From positions 1-64,000 of the forward strand of contig NIVC01002591.1 of NCBI GenBank assembly GCA_002269645.1: 64,000 nucleotides of DNA, read 5' to 3'. This DNA comes from Macrostomum lignano. Lineage: Eukaryota. The position numbers and the translations under genes were made by a program. The notes beneath the pieces were generated by a model. The model had not been told where the DNA came from, did no database searches, and worked only from the letters and a program-made list of their open reading frames with translations. How positions within the stretch are numbered: the first letter of the stretch is position 1; each line of letters begins with the position of its first letter. Below, piece after piece: positions 1 through 12,819 of the stretch.

Positions 1-494
1 TTTGTGCAGCTCAAAGGTAAAAGCTAGTCATGTTGGAAAAAAAACCATGTTGCAAAGGTGCAGGGAAATTCTGGTCGTTGTGCATGTATGATGTCAAACT
101 AGAATAGAATTAAAAAACCCATATGAAAAAGAATGAATATTCTTAGTCACTAATTAGCACAAATGTTTATACGGAAACAACTATACCATTTTTACAACAC
201 TTCAGCTTATTGAGAGAAATTCTTTATCTACATAGCAAATTTTCTGTGTGCCTCAAATATTCAGCTTCAATCCTGGCTACAGGGAGGGGCCCTAAGCGCC
301 TTCTGAAGCTTCTTCTTTGACCCAACTTGCCAGGCAATCAATCATTGGCGTCAGCATTTCACCCGGCATGTCAGCAGTAGCCAATCAGAATCGAGTAGAA
401 AATGGCAAAGAAGTTGAAGCAGCAATAGAAGAAGCAGACGAGGAACAATATTTCACCGATCCGGATGATATTATCGATTTGTCTCGCCTGTCAG

Positions 495-3223
495 ATTCGG
501 TTATTCGAGTATCGCCAACGCCGATTCAAATGCATTAGTAGCTTCCGCTCCGTCTAAAGTGGAACTACTTCGCAGCCTGTCTTATTTAGAGTCGGAATTG
601 CAAGCGGCCGATGCGGCCATAGCAGCATTGAGAGCTAGCAAATCCAGGTTGGCATTCTATCAGGCCAAATACGTCAGGCTTGTTCTGCCAGATACATTCA
701 GCTCCGCCCTGGGCGCCAGTTCAGGAAATCAGTCCTCTGATCAAGGTGCAGCAAAATCCGCCAATGGCCAACCAGACGACAAGCCAACAGTTGACGAGGA
801 GAGCCAGATGGGCCAGTTGGAGAATCTAATCGAGGTGCAACGTCGTGCGCACGCTTGCATGACTGTACAGTTGGAAGGATTGCGGAATAAGCTTAAGAAG
901 GTGAGGAACTGGGATGCTCATTATTGTTGCTAGCGAGCTGTCTGAATTTTGGCTAATTTGGATGACTTTAATATTAATGCTCCCAGCTTAAGATTTTTTG
1001 GGATTCGAGAGGCCTCCTAGCCTTGGGATTAGGTCACTGGCTTTGGGATTAGGGTTCCCTAGCTTTGGGATTAGGGTTACTAGCTTTGGGATTAGGGTTA
1101 CTAGCTTTGGGATTAGGGTTACTAGCTTTGGGATTAGGGTTTCCTAGCTTTAGGAGTAAGGTTACTAGCTTTGGGATTAGGGTTACTAGCTTTGGGAGTA
1201 AGGTTACTAGCTTTGGGATTAGGGTTACTAGCTTTGGGATTAGGGTTTCCTAGCTTTGGGATTAGGGTTCCCTAGCTTTGGGATTAGGGTTCCCTAGCTT
1301 TGGGATTAGGGTTACTCGCTTTGGGATTAGGTTCCCTAGCTTTGGGATTAGGGTTACTCGCTTTGGGATTAGGGTTCCCTAGCTTTGGGATAAGGGTTCC
1401 CTAGCTTTGGGATTAGGGTTACTAGCTTTGGGATTAGGGTTACTAGCTTTGGGATTAGGGTTCCCTAGCTTTGGATTAGGGTTCCCTAGCTTTGGGATTA
1501 GGGTTCCCTAGCTTTGGATTAGGGTTCCCTAGCTTTGGGATTAGGGTTCCCTAGCTTTAGGATTAAGGTTCCCTGGAATCCCTATATTTATGGCTTAGGA
1601 AACCTAAGCTTTGGGATTGACTTTCTCGCGATATTATATAGCTATTCTAACAGTGCACTCTGCTCTATTCCAGGCCTCCCGCGACCTGATCGACGAGCGC
1701 TGCAAGCACGAACAGGACTCGGCCGAAGGCGATGACGTGCTGGCAGGCCTCGGCAAAGAACGAGAGCGACTGCTCAATGAGGTGAGTGGAGAGCTGACTC
1801 ATATATGCGCAACTGCTGGCCGACCTGGCCGATCTGGCCACCGTAAATTGTGGTGGACCAGGGGTAAGTCGCAAAAAAGCCCAGCCTAAAGAATACAGAC
1901 GTAGTACTAATTAGATGACGAGGCATTTAGCCCTTATAAGACAGTCATAGTTACTCCTGCCGTTTACCAAAAATTGCGTTAGGGTTTTTACAGGTAAGTC
2001 GCATGGCCAGTGTAAATCAGGGGGTTGCGCATGTATGAGCTGACTGGTTTACTGCTGGCAGATAGCCTGTCAAAAAAGGCCCTGAAAAGTAGCATCAGGC
2101 CCTGAAGAATAGCATCAGGCCCTGAAGAATAGCATCAGGCTCTGAAGAATAGCATCAGGCCCTGAAGAATAGCATCAGGCCCTGAAGAACAGCATCAGGC
2201 CCTGAAGAGCAGCATCAGGCCCTGAAGAATAGCATCAGGCCCTGAAGAGCAGCATCAGGCCCTGAAGAATAGCATCAGGCCCTGAAGAACAGCATCAGGC
2301 CCTGAAGAGCAGCATCAGGCCCTGAAGAATAGCATCAGGCCCTGAAGAATAGCATCAGGCTCTGAAGAATAGCATCAGGCCCTGAAGAATAGCATCAGGC
2401 CCTGAAGAGCAGCATCAGGCCCTGAAGAACAGAATCAGGCCCTGAAGAGCAGCATCAGGCCCTGAAGAACAGCATCAGCCCCCCATAAGGCTAATCTGAA
2501 GCGCTATTAATAATGCAGTAGCAGAAACTGCAAACGCCACCATGTCCTGAAGCGCCAGCTGAACTTGAACAATCAAACCCAACCCGCCTTGCCCCTCAGT
2601 TGGAGTTCGAGCGCTCAAACAATCGGCGCCAAGAGAAGGAACTGAAGCGCCAGATTCGGGCACTAGAAGAGATTCGCTCAAGCAATGCCAAGCAGAAAGC
2701 TGTAGCGCTGGAACAGATTCGCCAAAGAAAACAGGCAACCGCACAGCTGAAAGAGCTGACTGACCGGTGCCGCCAGCTGGAGTCTCAACGGCCTCGGCTA
2801 GCGACCAGCTCCTTGGATCCAGCAGTCGCCGCCGACAAAGCCGAGGCCGTCGCCGCAGCTGCCCAGCACAAAGTCGCCGAGCTGGGCCGTCAGGCGGCGG
2901 CGGAGGCGGCAGCGGCGGACCGGCTCGCGGCAGAAGTTGAATCGCTGAGACTCCGCCTGACTGCCAACACCGCCGCCACCTCATCGGCGTCTTCGGCTAC
3001 GTCTTCAACTGCGACTTCGGGCGGTGCCGGGCGTCGGGGCGCGAAACCGGAACCGCCCGTCAGGCGGACGCCGGAGACGCCGCGGTCGAGGCCGCCGGTA
3101 CACCGACAGCGGCCTCGGCGTCGACTTCTTCAACAAGGATCGGCTCGTCACCTGGTGGCACACCTGGCTCAGGGTCCAGTAGTAGAGCTTCAGCTTCGTC
3201 TGCAGCGTCCCGTCTACCCATGA
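495..3223 (+). CDS. Multi-exon coiled-coil protein of unknown family; 5' end and C-terminal frame uncertain
   Basis: In-phase exons about 495-900 (donor AAG|GTGAGG at 901), 1674-1781 (TTCCAG| acceptor, GAG|GTGAGT donor) and 2600-3223 (CCTCAG| acceptor). All internal junctions are phase 0. The translation is rich in heptad-like E/K/R/Q/L (ELLRSLSYLESELQAADAAIAALRASK; QEKELKRQIRALEEIRSS). Upstream ORF 368-538 is in another frame. Confidence 0.5.
1020..1575 (+). repeat. 21-bp minisatellite containing TTAGGG (CTAGCTTTGGGATTAGGGTTA), intronic
   Basis: About 26 tandem units read directly; lies inside intron 901-1673. Confidence 0.95.
2081..2478 (+). repeat. 20-bp minisatellite (CCTGAAGAATAGCATCAGGC), intronic
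   Basis: About 20 units; inside intron 1782-2599. Confidence 0.95.
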
Positions 3224-3564
3224 ATGTCGGTGGCGGCGTCGGCGTGGGTGTCGCCAGTCCGAAACGAGCAGCGGCATCAAGCGGAGGCGGCGGGTCTGCG
3301 AGGGTTCTGACTGCCGGGACTGCCAATGGCAAGTGAGGCGAGTTGAACTGTGAGCTGCGCGAACTGCCGCCGTGTAGGCAGACTGATTGTTGTCTGTAGC
3401 TTTTGGCGCCATTTTCAAACCGGATTGTAACCGCTGCTGTTTTAAGGATCAAGGCTCATAGGTTAGGTTATTTTTCTGAATCACACTGAAGCCAGTACTC
3501 ACGTTTTCCATATTTCTATTTGTACTGTAAGAGATTCTACTTTCAAAATAAACAAGAGGTCCAA

Positions 3565-5415
3565 ATCAATAAACAACCAGTTTCAAAATCAATAAACAAC
3601 CAGTTTCCAAATCAATAAATAACCAGTTTCAAAATCAATAAATAACCAGTTTCAAAATCAATAAATAACCAGTTTCAAAATCAATAAATAACCAGTTTCA
3701 AAATCAATAAACAACCAGTTTCAAAATCAATAAACAACCAGTTTCAACATCAATAAACAACCAGTTTCAACATCAATAAACAACCAGTTTCAAAATCAAT
3801 AAACAACCAGTTTCAAAATCAATAAACAACCAGTTTCAAAATCAATAAACAACCAGTTTCAAAATCAATAAACAACCAGTTTCAAAATCAATAAACAACC
3901 AGTTTCAAAATCAATAAACAAACAGTTTCAAAATCAATAAACAAACAGTTTCAACATCAATAAACAACCAGTTTCAAAACCAATAAACAACCAGTTTCAA
4001 AATCAATAAACAACCAGTTTCAACATCAATAAACAACCAGTTTCAACATCAATAAACAAACAGTTTCAAAATCAATAAACAACCAGTTTCCAAATCAATA
4101 AACAAACAGTTTCAAAATCAATAAACAACAAGTTTCAAAATCAATAAACAACCAGTTTCAAAATCAATAAATAACCAGTTTCAAAATCAATAAACAACCA
4201 GTTTCAAAATCAATAAACAACCAGTTTCAACATCAATAAACAACCAGTTTCAAAATCAATAAACAACCAGTTTCAAAATCAATAAATAACCAGTTTTAAA
4301 ATCAATTAACAACCAGTTTCAACATCAATAAACAACCAGTTTCAAAATCAATAAACAACCAGTTTCAACATAAATAAACAACCAGTTTCAAAATCAATAA
4401 ACAACCAGTTTCAACATCAATAAACAACCAGTTTCAAAATCAATAAACAACCAGTTTCAAAATCAATAAACAACCAGTTTCAAAATCAATAAACAACCAG
4501 TTTCAAAATCAATAAACAACCAGTTTCAAAATCAATAAACAACCAGTTTCAAAATCAATAAACAACCAGTTTCAAAATCAATAAACAACCAGTTTCAAAA
4601 TCAATAAACAACCAGTTTCAAAATCAATAAACAACCAGTTTCAAAATCAATAAACAACCAGTTTCAAAATCAATAAACAACCAGTTTCAACATCAATAAA
4701 CAACCAGTTTCAAAATCAATAAACAACCAGTTTCAAAATCAATAAACAACCAGTTTCAACATCAATAAACAACCAGTTTCAAAATCAATAAACAACCAGT
4801 TTCAACATCAATAAACAACCAGTTTCAACATCAATAAACAACCAGTTTCAACATAAATAAACAACCAGTTTCAACATCAATAAACAACCAGTTTCAACAT
4901 CAATAAACAACCAGTTTCAAAATCAATAAACAACCAGTTTCAACATCAATAAACAACCAGTTTCAACATCAATAAACAACCAGTTTCAACATAAATAAAC
5001 AACCAGTTTCAACATCAATAAACAACCAGTTTCAACATCAATAAACAACCAGTTTCAAAATCAATAAACAACCAGTTTCAACATCAATAAACAACCAGTT
5101 TCAACATAAATAAACAACCAGTTTCAACATCAATAAACAACCAGTTTCAACATCAATAAACAACCAGTTTCAAAATCAATAAACAACCAGTTTCAACATC
5201 AATAAACAACCAGTTTCAACATAAATAAACAACCAGTTTCAACATCAATAAACAACCAGTTTCAACATCAATAAACAACCAGTTTCAAAATCAATAAACA
5301 ACCAGTTTCAACATCAATAAACAACCAGTTTCAACATAAATAAACAACCAGTTTCAACATCAATAAACAACCAGTTTCAACATAAATAAACAACCAGTTT
5401 CAACATAAATAAACA
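3565..5415 (+). repeat. 23-bp A-rich satellite (AACCAGTTTCAAAATCAATAAAC)
   Basis: Period 23 (CAGTTTC at 3578 and 3601); about 80 units. Confidence 0.97.
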
Positions 5416-5988
5416 CCCCGTTTAACCAGAATAGTCATTCGAAGTGGCAGACTTAATCAATTTCCACTTATTGCTATTCACCTCAATTGTAACTCTTAAA
5501 TTGTGTGTTTTATTTACGTCACAGAACGTATTTTGCAATCCCGCGTTATAATATGGAGAGTCTCTGTGTGAATCACGTGTTTTTTTATTTATTTGTTTAT
5601 TTACAAAATAACAAGAGCAGTAGCAGTCACTAGTCAGTCTGAGGCTCCAAGCCGTCTGAATCCTTCTATCTCGAAATATAATCGCATGGACTTTAGAAAA
5701 CTAATTTTGTTTTCTTTTATATTTTTGTTTTCTTAGCTAAATTTAAAGTAATTGTTTTTTCTAATCATGCAGTGTCTATTTAATGTCAATCTCTATACTG
5801 CATATTAATCTTGTTTGTGTTATTTTTTCGTTTCTATATTTTCTACTATCATTTTGTAAATAATTCTTTCGTAATGACAATGCATTATTATTAGAGAGGT
5901 GAAATTCACAATAAACACAGTTCGGAGACCCTCTTGTACTATACATATTGTTTATATTGTTACTATACTAGTAGTATGACGTGCGTAT

Positions 5989-6200
5989 GGTTTTGTTCAC
6001 TAGCTAGTGGTTAGAGAGTCGGCCTCACGACTTGAAGGTCGGGGGTTCGACTCCTGATCCCACTCGGAACAATTTGTGTCCTTGAGCATTAGCTGGGGTA
6101 ATTGAGGGTGGGTGCGGCGACCTCCCAGTCCTTGAACTGAACAGCCAATAGCTGCGGCTGAGCTGTCGGTTGCACATCAGGGCCAATTGGGGCAGGTGTA
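5989..6200 (+). mobile_element. tRNA-derived SINE, internally deleted copy
   Basis: A-box-like TAGCTAGTGG and B-box GGTTCGACTCC (6044-6054); body colinear with 21780-22100 except for two deletions. Confidence 0.8.
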
Positions 6201-6789
6201 ATCGATTGTTATTTATGACTTGCAAAATGAACAACAATCAAGTTTTCAAAAACTCGTGTGCATGAAATACAATATTTTTTTTCTATATTTCAGAGCCCGT
6301 TTTTTTTAACTGCTTCGATATGTCAGTCTGGGTTTTTTGCTCTCTGTGTCTCTGCTTTTACTCTTGTTTAATAATATCTATTATTCTTATTCTTATTATG
6401 CATGTTATATTGTGTTTACCGCGTGCTAAGAGTTTTATAATGAGTTTAAAACCAGCTTCGAATTTAATATGCCTTCACTGCGCTAGCGTGAGTTAACATA
6501 TAAATATTGTATGTTTTCAACAGTGCATAAAATATAAACCAATGTTATAAAAGAAATTTACATGCAAATTTGAACTGGACCGAGTTTCAAATCATATGAA
6601 TTGTTATTCTTGTTGGTTGGATTTTTCATTTTGTTTATAAATTGAAATAAGATTTTGTCACTATTTATCTAGGACTTCGAGTGATGTGACATTTCAAAAT
6701 GAAATGAAAACTCCGTTTTTTTATTGACGAAATTAGTTCGGTAAAATTTTTGTAAAATAGCATAAATCAAAGTTAAGTAATAGCATCAG

Positions 6790-7670
6790 TTCTGAAAAAA
6801 GCATCACCTCCCCTGAAGGATAGCATTATTTCCCCCAAAGGAGAGCATCACCTCCTCTGAAGGTTAGCATCACCTCCCCTGAAGGATAGCATTATTTCCC
6901 CAAAGGAGAGCATCAGCTCCTCTGAAGGTTAGCATCACCTCCCCTGAAGGATAGCATCACCTCCCCTGAAGGATAGCACCCCTGAAGGATAGCATCACCT
7001 CCCCTGAAGGAGAGCATCACCTCCCCTGAAGGAGAGCATCACCTCCCCTGAAGGTTAGCATCACCTCCCCTGAAGGAGAGCATCACCTCCTCTGAAGGAG
7101 AGCATCACCTCCCCTGAAGGTTAGCATCACCTCCCCTGAAGGAGAGCATCACCTCCCCTGAAGGTTAGCATCACCTCCTCTGAAGGAGAGCATCACCTCC
7201 CCTGAAGGTTAGCATCACCTCCTCTGAAGGAGAGCATCACCTCCCCTGAAGGTTAGCATCACCTCCTTCAGGGTAGCATCAGTTCCCCTGAAGGGTAGCA
7301 TCAGTTCCCCTTCAGGGTAGCATCAGTTCCCCTTCAGGGTAGCATCAGTTCCCCTGAAGGGTAGCATCAGTTCCCCTGAAGGGTAGCATCAGTTCCCCTG
7401 AAGGGTAGCATCAGTTCCCCTGAAGGGTAGCATCAGTTCCCCTGAAGGGTAGCATCACCTCCCCTGAAGGGTAGCATCAGTTCCCCTGAAGGGTAGCATC
7501 AGTTCCCCTGAAGGGTAGCATCAGTTCCCCTGAAGGGTAGCATCATTTCCCCTGAAGGGTAGCATCAGTTCCCCTTCAGGGTAGCATCAGTTCCCCTGAA
7601 GGGTAGCATCAGTTCCCCTTCAGGGTAGCATCAGTTCCCCTGAAGGGTAGCACCAGTTCCCCTGAAGGAT
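6790..7670 (+). repeat. 22-bp minisatellite (AGCATCACCTCCCCTGAAGGAT / AGCATCAGTTCCCCTGAAGGGT)
   Basis: About 40 units in two sub-domains; shares the core CCTGAAG-N3-AGCATCA with the 2081-2478 array. Confidence 0.95.
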
Positions 7671-7849
7671 ACCTTTAGCAGTGAAGCAGATTAAAGAAAT
7701 TTAACTGTCTTCTTTCCTCAACTCGAGTCTGCTGCGGCGTAGCTGAGTTGCGTCACTCGCAAAGATTGAGAGACTTTACCTACACTCTCAAAAGTGGCGA
7801 CCACAGACAGAATCTTTGTGATGGCGACTTTTCGATGTAGCTGAGTATA

Positions 7850-8283
7850 CACTCGGCAACATTGAAAAGTTTCCACCCTAGTGCGCGAAGGGTCAACGTT
7901 TTGTTGGGTGGAGATATTCGTGGTTTGAGCCATAGACAAATATATAATCCGGATTCGAACGAAGCAAAGAAACAAAGTACGCGAGCATGGGTGACAACTT
8001 GCCCAGAACAGGGTCAGTAACGCGTATAGCAGCCTTGCATTGGGCATTTCGTTCGGTTGCGAACGTGGATTTTAGACTCATGTAAGCTGCTGCGGTCTGC
8101 TCCATGTGACTGTTTCCTTCGACCTGTCTGGCGTCTATGACCCAAGTTTTTGTCTATGGCCCCAGTGCGTGTTGGCGAAATCATCAATCGTCTATGGCAC
8201 AAGTCTGGCGACAAAAACCAGTTTTGAAACTCTAAATATACACGGCTGGCGCGAGGGTGGAAACTTTTCAATGTTGCTGAGTG
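7850..8283. mobile_element. MITE, Tc1/mariner-like (434 bp)
   Basis: 30-bp TIRs CACTCGGCAACATTGAAAAGTTTCCACCCT and AGGGTGGAAACTTTTCAATGTTGCTGAGTG (1 mismatch), flanked by TA on both sides (7848-49, 8284-85); no transposase. Confidence 0.85.
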
Positions 8284-8921
8284 TATATTTATCTCACCGC
8301 AGAAACTAAGAATGTCCGTCAAGCTCATCCTGACTCTCCTGTTTCTGGCACTTATAGCGTGCAACCTCGACTGAAAGGAATTTAACAATATTTACCGCTA
8401 ACGCGGCTCAATTTTCGTCTATACATTGAAGATTAGTTACTACACGTAGTTGATTAAAAAAAATCAACCATTCTTTTGTTGGCTCCCGCTGATTGCAAGT
8501 AATTAAACTGATTTTCACACCCTGTTTGTTTTTCTCGTCCTTCAAAACTGCAGCCACCCCTCTCCACCGCGTTCCACGCGACGCAGCGTAAAACTAAATT
8601 GATTCTCTCTCTTCCCTCTCTCTAATTGGCTGTCCCAACTCCCGTCTAGAGTTTGCTTTGTTTAGTTCAAAGTACACTGTAGCCCTGTACATGGAGGGCG
8701 GCTGGCCATGTACGCGCCTGATAAATTTCGTCTCTCCGACAGGCGTTGATTGGCTGGACAGAACTAAGTTGCTATTTATTACAAAAAATGTACATTTTTT
8801 TCTGACTGCTAAGTCGCATACATAACGAAGCTACTGATAACAATTCATAATATAAGACGTGAAGCAATTAGTGGTGAAGTTGCTAAACCATCTGTGCGTA
8901 AAATTAATTAATTAATCAATC

Positions 8922-11900
8922 ATGCCAAAACGAAAACAACAACGCAAGCAGCCAGCGGCAGCATCGCAGGGTGCCAATAATCAAAGCGAAAACAGACAAA
9001 CCAATCAACAGGAATCTGAACCTAACACTAGCATTGACCGTGATACCAGTTGCACGGGGTCAGCGGCCCCCGGTGATACCAGTTGCACTGCAGGCAACAC
9101 CAGCTATACTACTAGTACATGTGATGACAATAGTAGAAGCAGAAGCGGCAGCAGTAGTACAGGTGGCAACACTGCCAGTTGTAGTAGCAGCGGAAGCAGT
9201 AGCAGCAGCAGCTGCAGTCAAGGAGACGACAATGATTCTAATTTGAATAAAAGCGAAAGCGACCAAACACCGGGTATTAATGGCCGATGCGAAGAGCCTG
9301 TTGCTGCATCTGGTGTCTTCAGCTGCACTGAGATTGTAGTTACTGGTGAGTACATGTATTTCTGTGCCTGCATCATCTAATTATCCATAAGCTACAGTAT
9401 AGGACCATATTTTACCAAACTATCTTTTATATATATACTTTACACTTTACAGCTCGTATTACGTAGGCTAGATTTTACCATAGACTCTTTTATACACGGT
9501 CTTTAATACGTAGGGCTTTTAAATTAGACTGTCTTTTATTCATGGGCTTTAGTAGGGTTTTACCATAGACTTGTCTCTTATCCTCGGGCTTTAAAAAGTA
9601 GGGCTTTTACCATCAGTATAATCCATGGGCTTTAGTAGGGTTTTTACCATAGACTGTCTTTTATCCACGGGCTTTAATACGTAGGGCTTTTACCATAGAC
9701 TGTCTTTTATTCAAGGGCTTCACTATGTAGCGCTTTTACCATAGACTGTCTTTTATCCAAGGGCTTCACTATGTAGCGCTTTTACCATAGACTGTCTTTT
9801 ATCCAAGGGCTTCACTATGTAGCGCTTTTACCATAGACTGTCTTTTATCCAAGGGCTTCACTATGTAGCGCTTTTACCATAGACTGTCTTTTATCCAAGG
9901 GCTTCACTATGTAGCGCTTTTACTATAGACTGTCTTTTATACACTTAAGCTTTAATACGTAGGGCTTTTACCATAGACTATCTTTTATACATGGGCTTTA
10001 ATGCGTAGAGTTTTATCATAGACTATAATTTACAGAGGCTGCAACTGTCAAGCCTCTAAGACCATACGATTATAGTGTTAAATTTCTAAGGGCAGTTACA
10101 AGCAGTCTACAAAATTATATGGAACTCAACTTTGACGTTTTTGTAATTGACACAATCTACTTGAGCTCTTCTTGATGCACCGCCCTCCTCTAGAAGTTGC
10201 CGATCCTTGCATCGCCAGCAGCAGCCAGTCCGGCGCCTACGCCGCCGACATCGACACCATAGTCGACGCCACCACATTCGAAGACGCCCAAGAGAGCAGC
10301 AACCGCTGGCCGAGCAGCAGTCGAGACGACACCAGCAGCGGTTGCACCTCCGGCCAGCAGGATCAGCTGCTGCCGGGCAGCGAAAGATTCGCCACCCCGA
10401 CAGCCGGCTCCGCGGTAGTGTCCACCGCTGACGAAAACTCCGGATTGACAACCGAGCCAGATGACACGGCCGCTGCTACCGCTGGTGCCGCGGCAGGCGA
10501 GCATCCAGCTGCTAGAACTAGCAGCGACTGTCAAGACGATGATAATGATGACACACCGATGCCTCAGCTGGCATCCTCTTTGCAGTACCAGACGGTGCTG
10601 GAGGATGCACCTGATAGACCGTTGCCAGCAGCTGCTGCTGTCGAAAGGCAGCTGCAGGAACTGCCAACAGCTGCTGTTAGGTGCGCGCGTTATAGAGACT
10701 TAATTATTTGCTGGTTTCTGGGGCGTAGTTGTTGGTTCTGGCGCCTCTGGTGCTGGCGCCTCTGGTGCTGGCGCCTCTGGTGCTGGCGCCTCTGGTGCTG
10801 GCGCCTCTGGTGCTGGCGCCTCTGGTGCTGGCGCCTCTGGTGCTGGCGCCTCTGGTGCTGGCGCCTCTGGTGCTGGCGCCTCTGGTGCTGGCGCCTCTGG
10901 TGCTGGCGCCTCTGGTGCTGGCGCCTCTGGTGCTGGCGCCTCTGGTGCTGGCGCCTCTGGTGCTGGCGCCTCTGGTGCTGGCGCCTCTGGTGCTGGCGCC
11001 TCTGGAAAGATAGGAAAAAAGTCAAACTGCAATCCACTGACAATCCAAACTGGCCTCTTATCACATAATTCCTTCCATTTCAAAGTCAAGAAGAACCCGC
11101 CGAAGTAGAACAGCCCGCGACACGGCAGGACGGCATTCTGCAGCCAGCGCATACGCAGCAGCCGAGGCACCGCTCGTCGCCGCCTCGAGGCGTCTACGGC
11201 GGCCCCGGCACCGCCTTCCCCGCCACGCTGCTCCGTCGCCGTCTCGCCGCTTTCCCGGTCGTCCTACCAGACGACGGCGCCATTGATCCGGGCGATGCCG
11301 AGACGGCAAACCAGCTGGCCGACCGCCTGGCCGTCTGGGAGTCCGCCGACGCCGATGGTCGATGCGGAGTCTGCCAGCGACCAGCCGACCGGGCTAATTC
11401 GGGCGGGTTTCTCGGCTATCCCGTGTGCGACTGCGCGCATCTGCACGCGCGCTGCGCCCTGGTCGGCGCCCTGCTGGAAGCGCCGGATCCGCCGCGCTGC
11501 CTTGGCTGCGGCTTCCGTCAGCAGCTTCACCGGGTCGGCCGAGTCAAGCCGCTTCTCACCGCGGCCTGTCGTCGAAGCAACCGCAGCAACTGCGATCAGG
11601 GCGCGGCTGCTACCAGCGGGCCGCTTGGCGAAGCTTGGTTTGTCGTCTCCATGGCAACCGGACTGTCAACTTCGGCCGTGCTGTTAGCGGTGGCGGCGGC
11701 GCTTCTCCTGACGCTGGCGGAGCCGCTGACCCGGGGCCTCCTGGCTGGTGCCAGCCTGCCGCTGCTCGGCTGCCTGTTCGGCCTCCTGGCTGCCGCCATC
11801 CTGGCCTGCGTCCTGATTGGCTGGTTTCTCGACCGGCACATCGCTGCCGTGTGGGAGCAGGTGTACAGCAGCCGGCTGCAGGTGAGAGCGAATAATTTTG

Positions 11901-12694
11901 AGGCTCTGGTCGCGTGTGGTTTAAAATACTTGCAAGTTGGCTGCCGTTTTATTTGTGATGCTGATACAGTGGAGTGAAGCTACGGTACTAACCGCAGCCA
12001 ATTCTGCTTAACTTTCACCGAATGCATTAGCCCAGTAGTCCAGCAAATTTTAGTCGTGTTGGCCTTGGCCTTCAGTCTTTTTAGACTGAAATAACTAACG
12101 GCTGTAGACTTTTACAGATGTGAACTTTTACGAATTTAGACTTTTACGGATGTGAACTTTTACAGATGTGAACTTTTACAGATGTGAACTTTTACAGATG
12201 TGAAATTTTACAGATGTGAACTTTTACAGATGTGAACTTTTACAGATGTGAACTTTTATAGATGTGAACTTTTACAGATGTGGACTTTTACGGCTGTGAA
12301 CTTTTACAGATGTGAGCTTTTACGGCTGTGAATTTTTACGGATTTGGAATTTTTCGGCTATGAACTTTCATGTCTAAGACTTTTGCGGCTATGATATTTT
12401 CGTGCGTAATTATGTTTAATTGCAAAATATGCTCATGAGCTTCTGTCTATGGTCAAAGCCGACAGTAACCTGATAAAAGGACACTCACAGTACCCTGGCT
12501 CCGTCTCTCACATTTCTCAGATTGGCTACAAGGCCGATCGCCTCAACGATCCGGCCGACCGCGTCCTGGCGGCCTCGCTGATGGCGTGCACCTTCTTGGA
12601 TTATCACACAGCCGGCTATCCGTTTCCTAAACGGGGCGGCGCTTACGTTAATTATTACTGCTTGAAGCAGCCCGCGACTGCCTGCGCCGTGTGA
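8922..12694 (+). CDS. MARCH-like membrane RING-CH (C4HC3) E3 ubiquitin ligase with long low-complexity N-terminus, 626 aa predicted
   Basis: Exons 8922-9345, 10194-10680, 11086-11881 and 12521-12694 join in phase (1, 2, 0) with GT-AG ends; total 1881 nt. The motif CGVC-x17-CDC-x3-H-x2-C-x14-CLGC (11363-11509) is followed by two hydrophobic helices. Confidence 0.75.
9410..10025 (+). repeat. 46-bp minisatellite (CTTTTACCATAGACTGTCTTTTATCC...), intronic
   Basis: Period 46 in the core, degenerate at the edges; inside intron 9346-10193. Confidence 0.9.
10735..11004 (+). repeat. 15-bp perfect minisatellite (TGGTGCTGGCGCCTC), intronic
   Basis: About 18 identical units in intron 10681-11085. Confidence 0.97.
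12105..12375 (+). repeat. 16-bp minisatellite (TGTGAACTTTTACAGA), intronic
   Basis: About 16 units in intron 11882-12520. Confidence 0.9.
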
Positions 12695-12819
12695 GCTTTA
12701 GCCAAAGCGCCCAGCAGCATAAACTGTGAACAGAATACTTTCTCTCATAAAATTAACTGCAAACAACCGTTAATCATTCAGCAGTGATACACTAATGATT
12801 ATCCTTTGATAATCTCCTC

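Noticed and set aside
1020-1575. True telomere or chromosome end
   Set aside because: TTAGGG is embedded in a 21-bp unit inside an intron, with genes on both sides.
5989-6060. tRNA gene (also at 21780-21850)
   Set aside because: A and B boxes are present, but there is no closing acceptor stem and the sequence continues into a shared SINE body.
7718-8388. Transposase or gene in the short ORFs around the MITE
   Set aside because: No DDE or HTH motifs, and the ORFs cross the element boundaries.
10690-11170. WRLWC, EAPAP, RRQHQ and LVLAP repeat proteins
   Set aside because: A 15-bp array inside intron 10681-11085, open in several frames on both strands.
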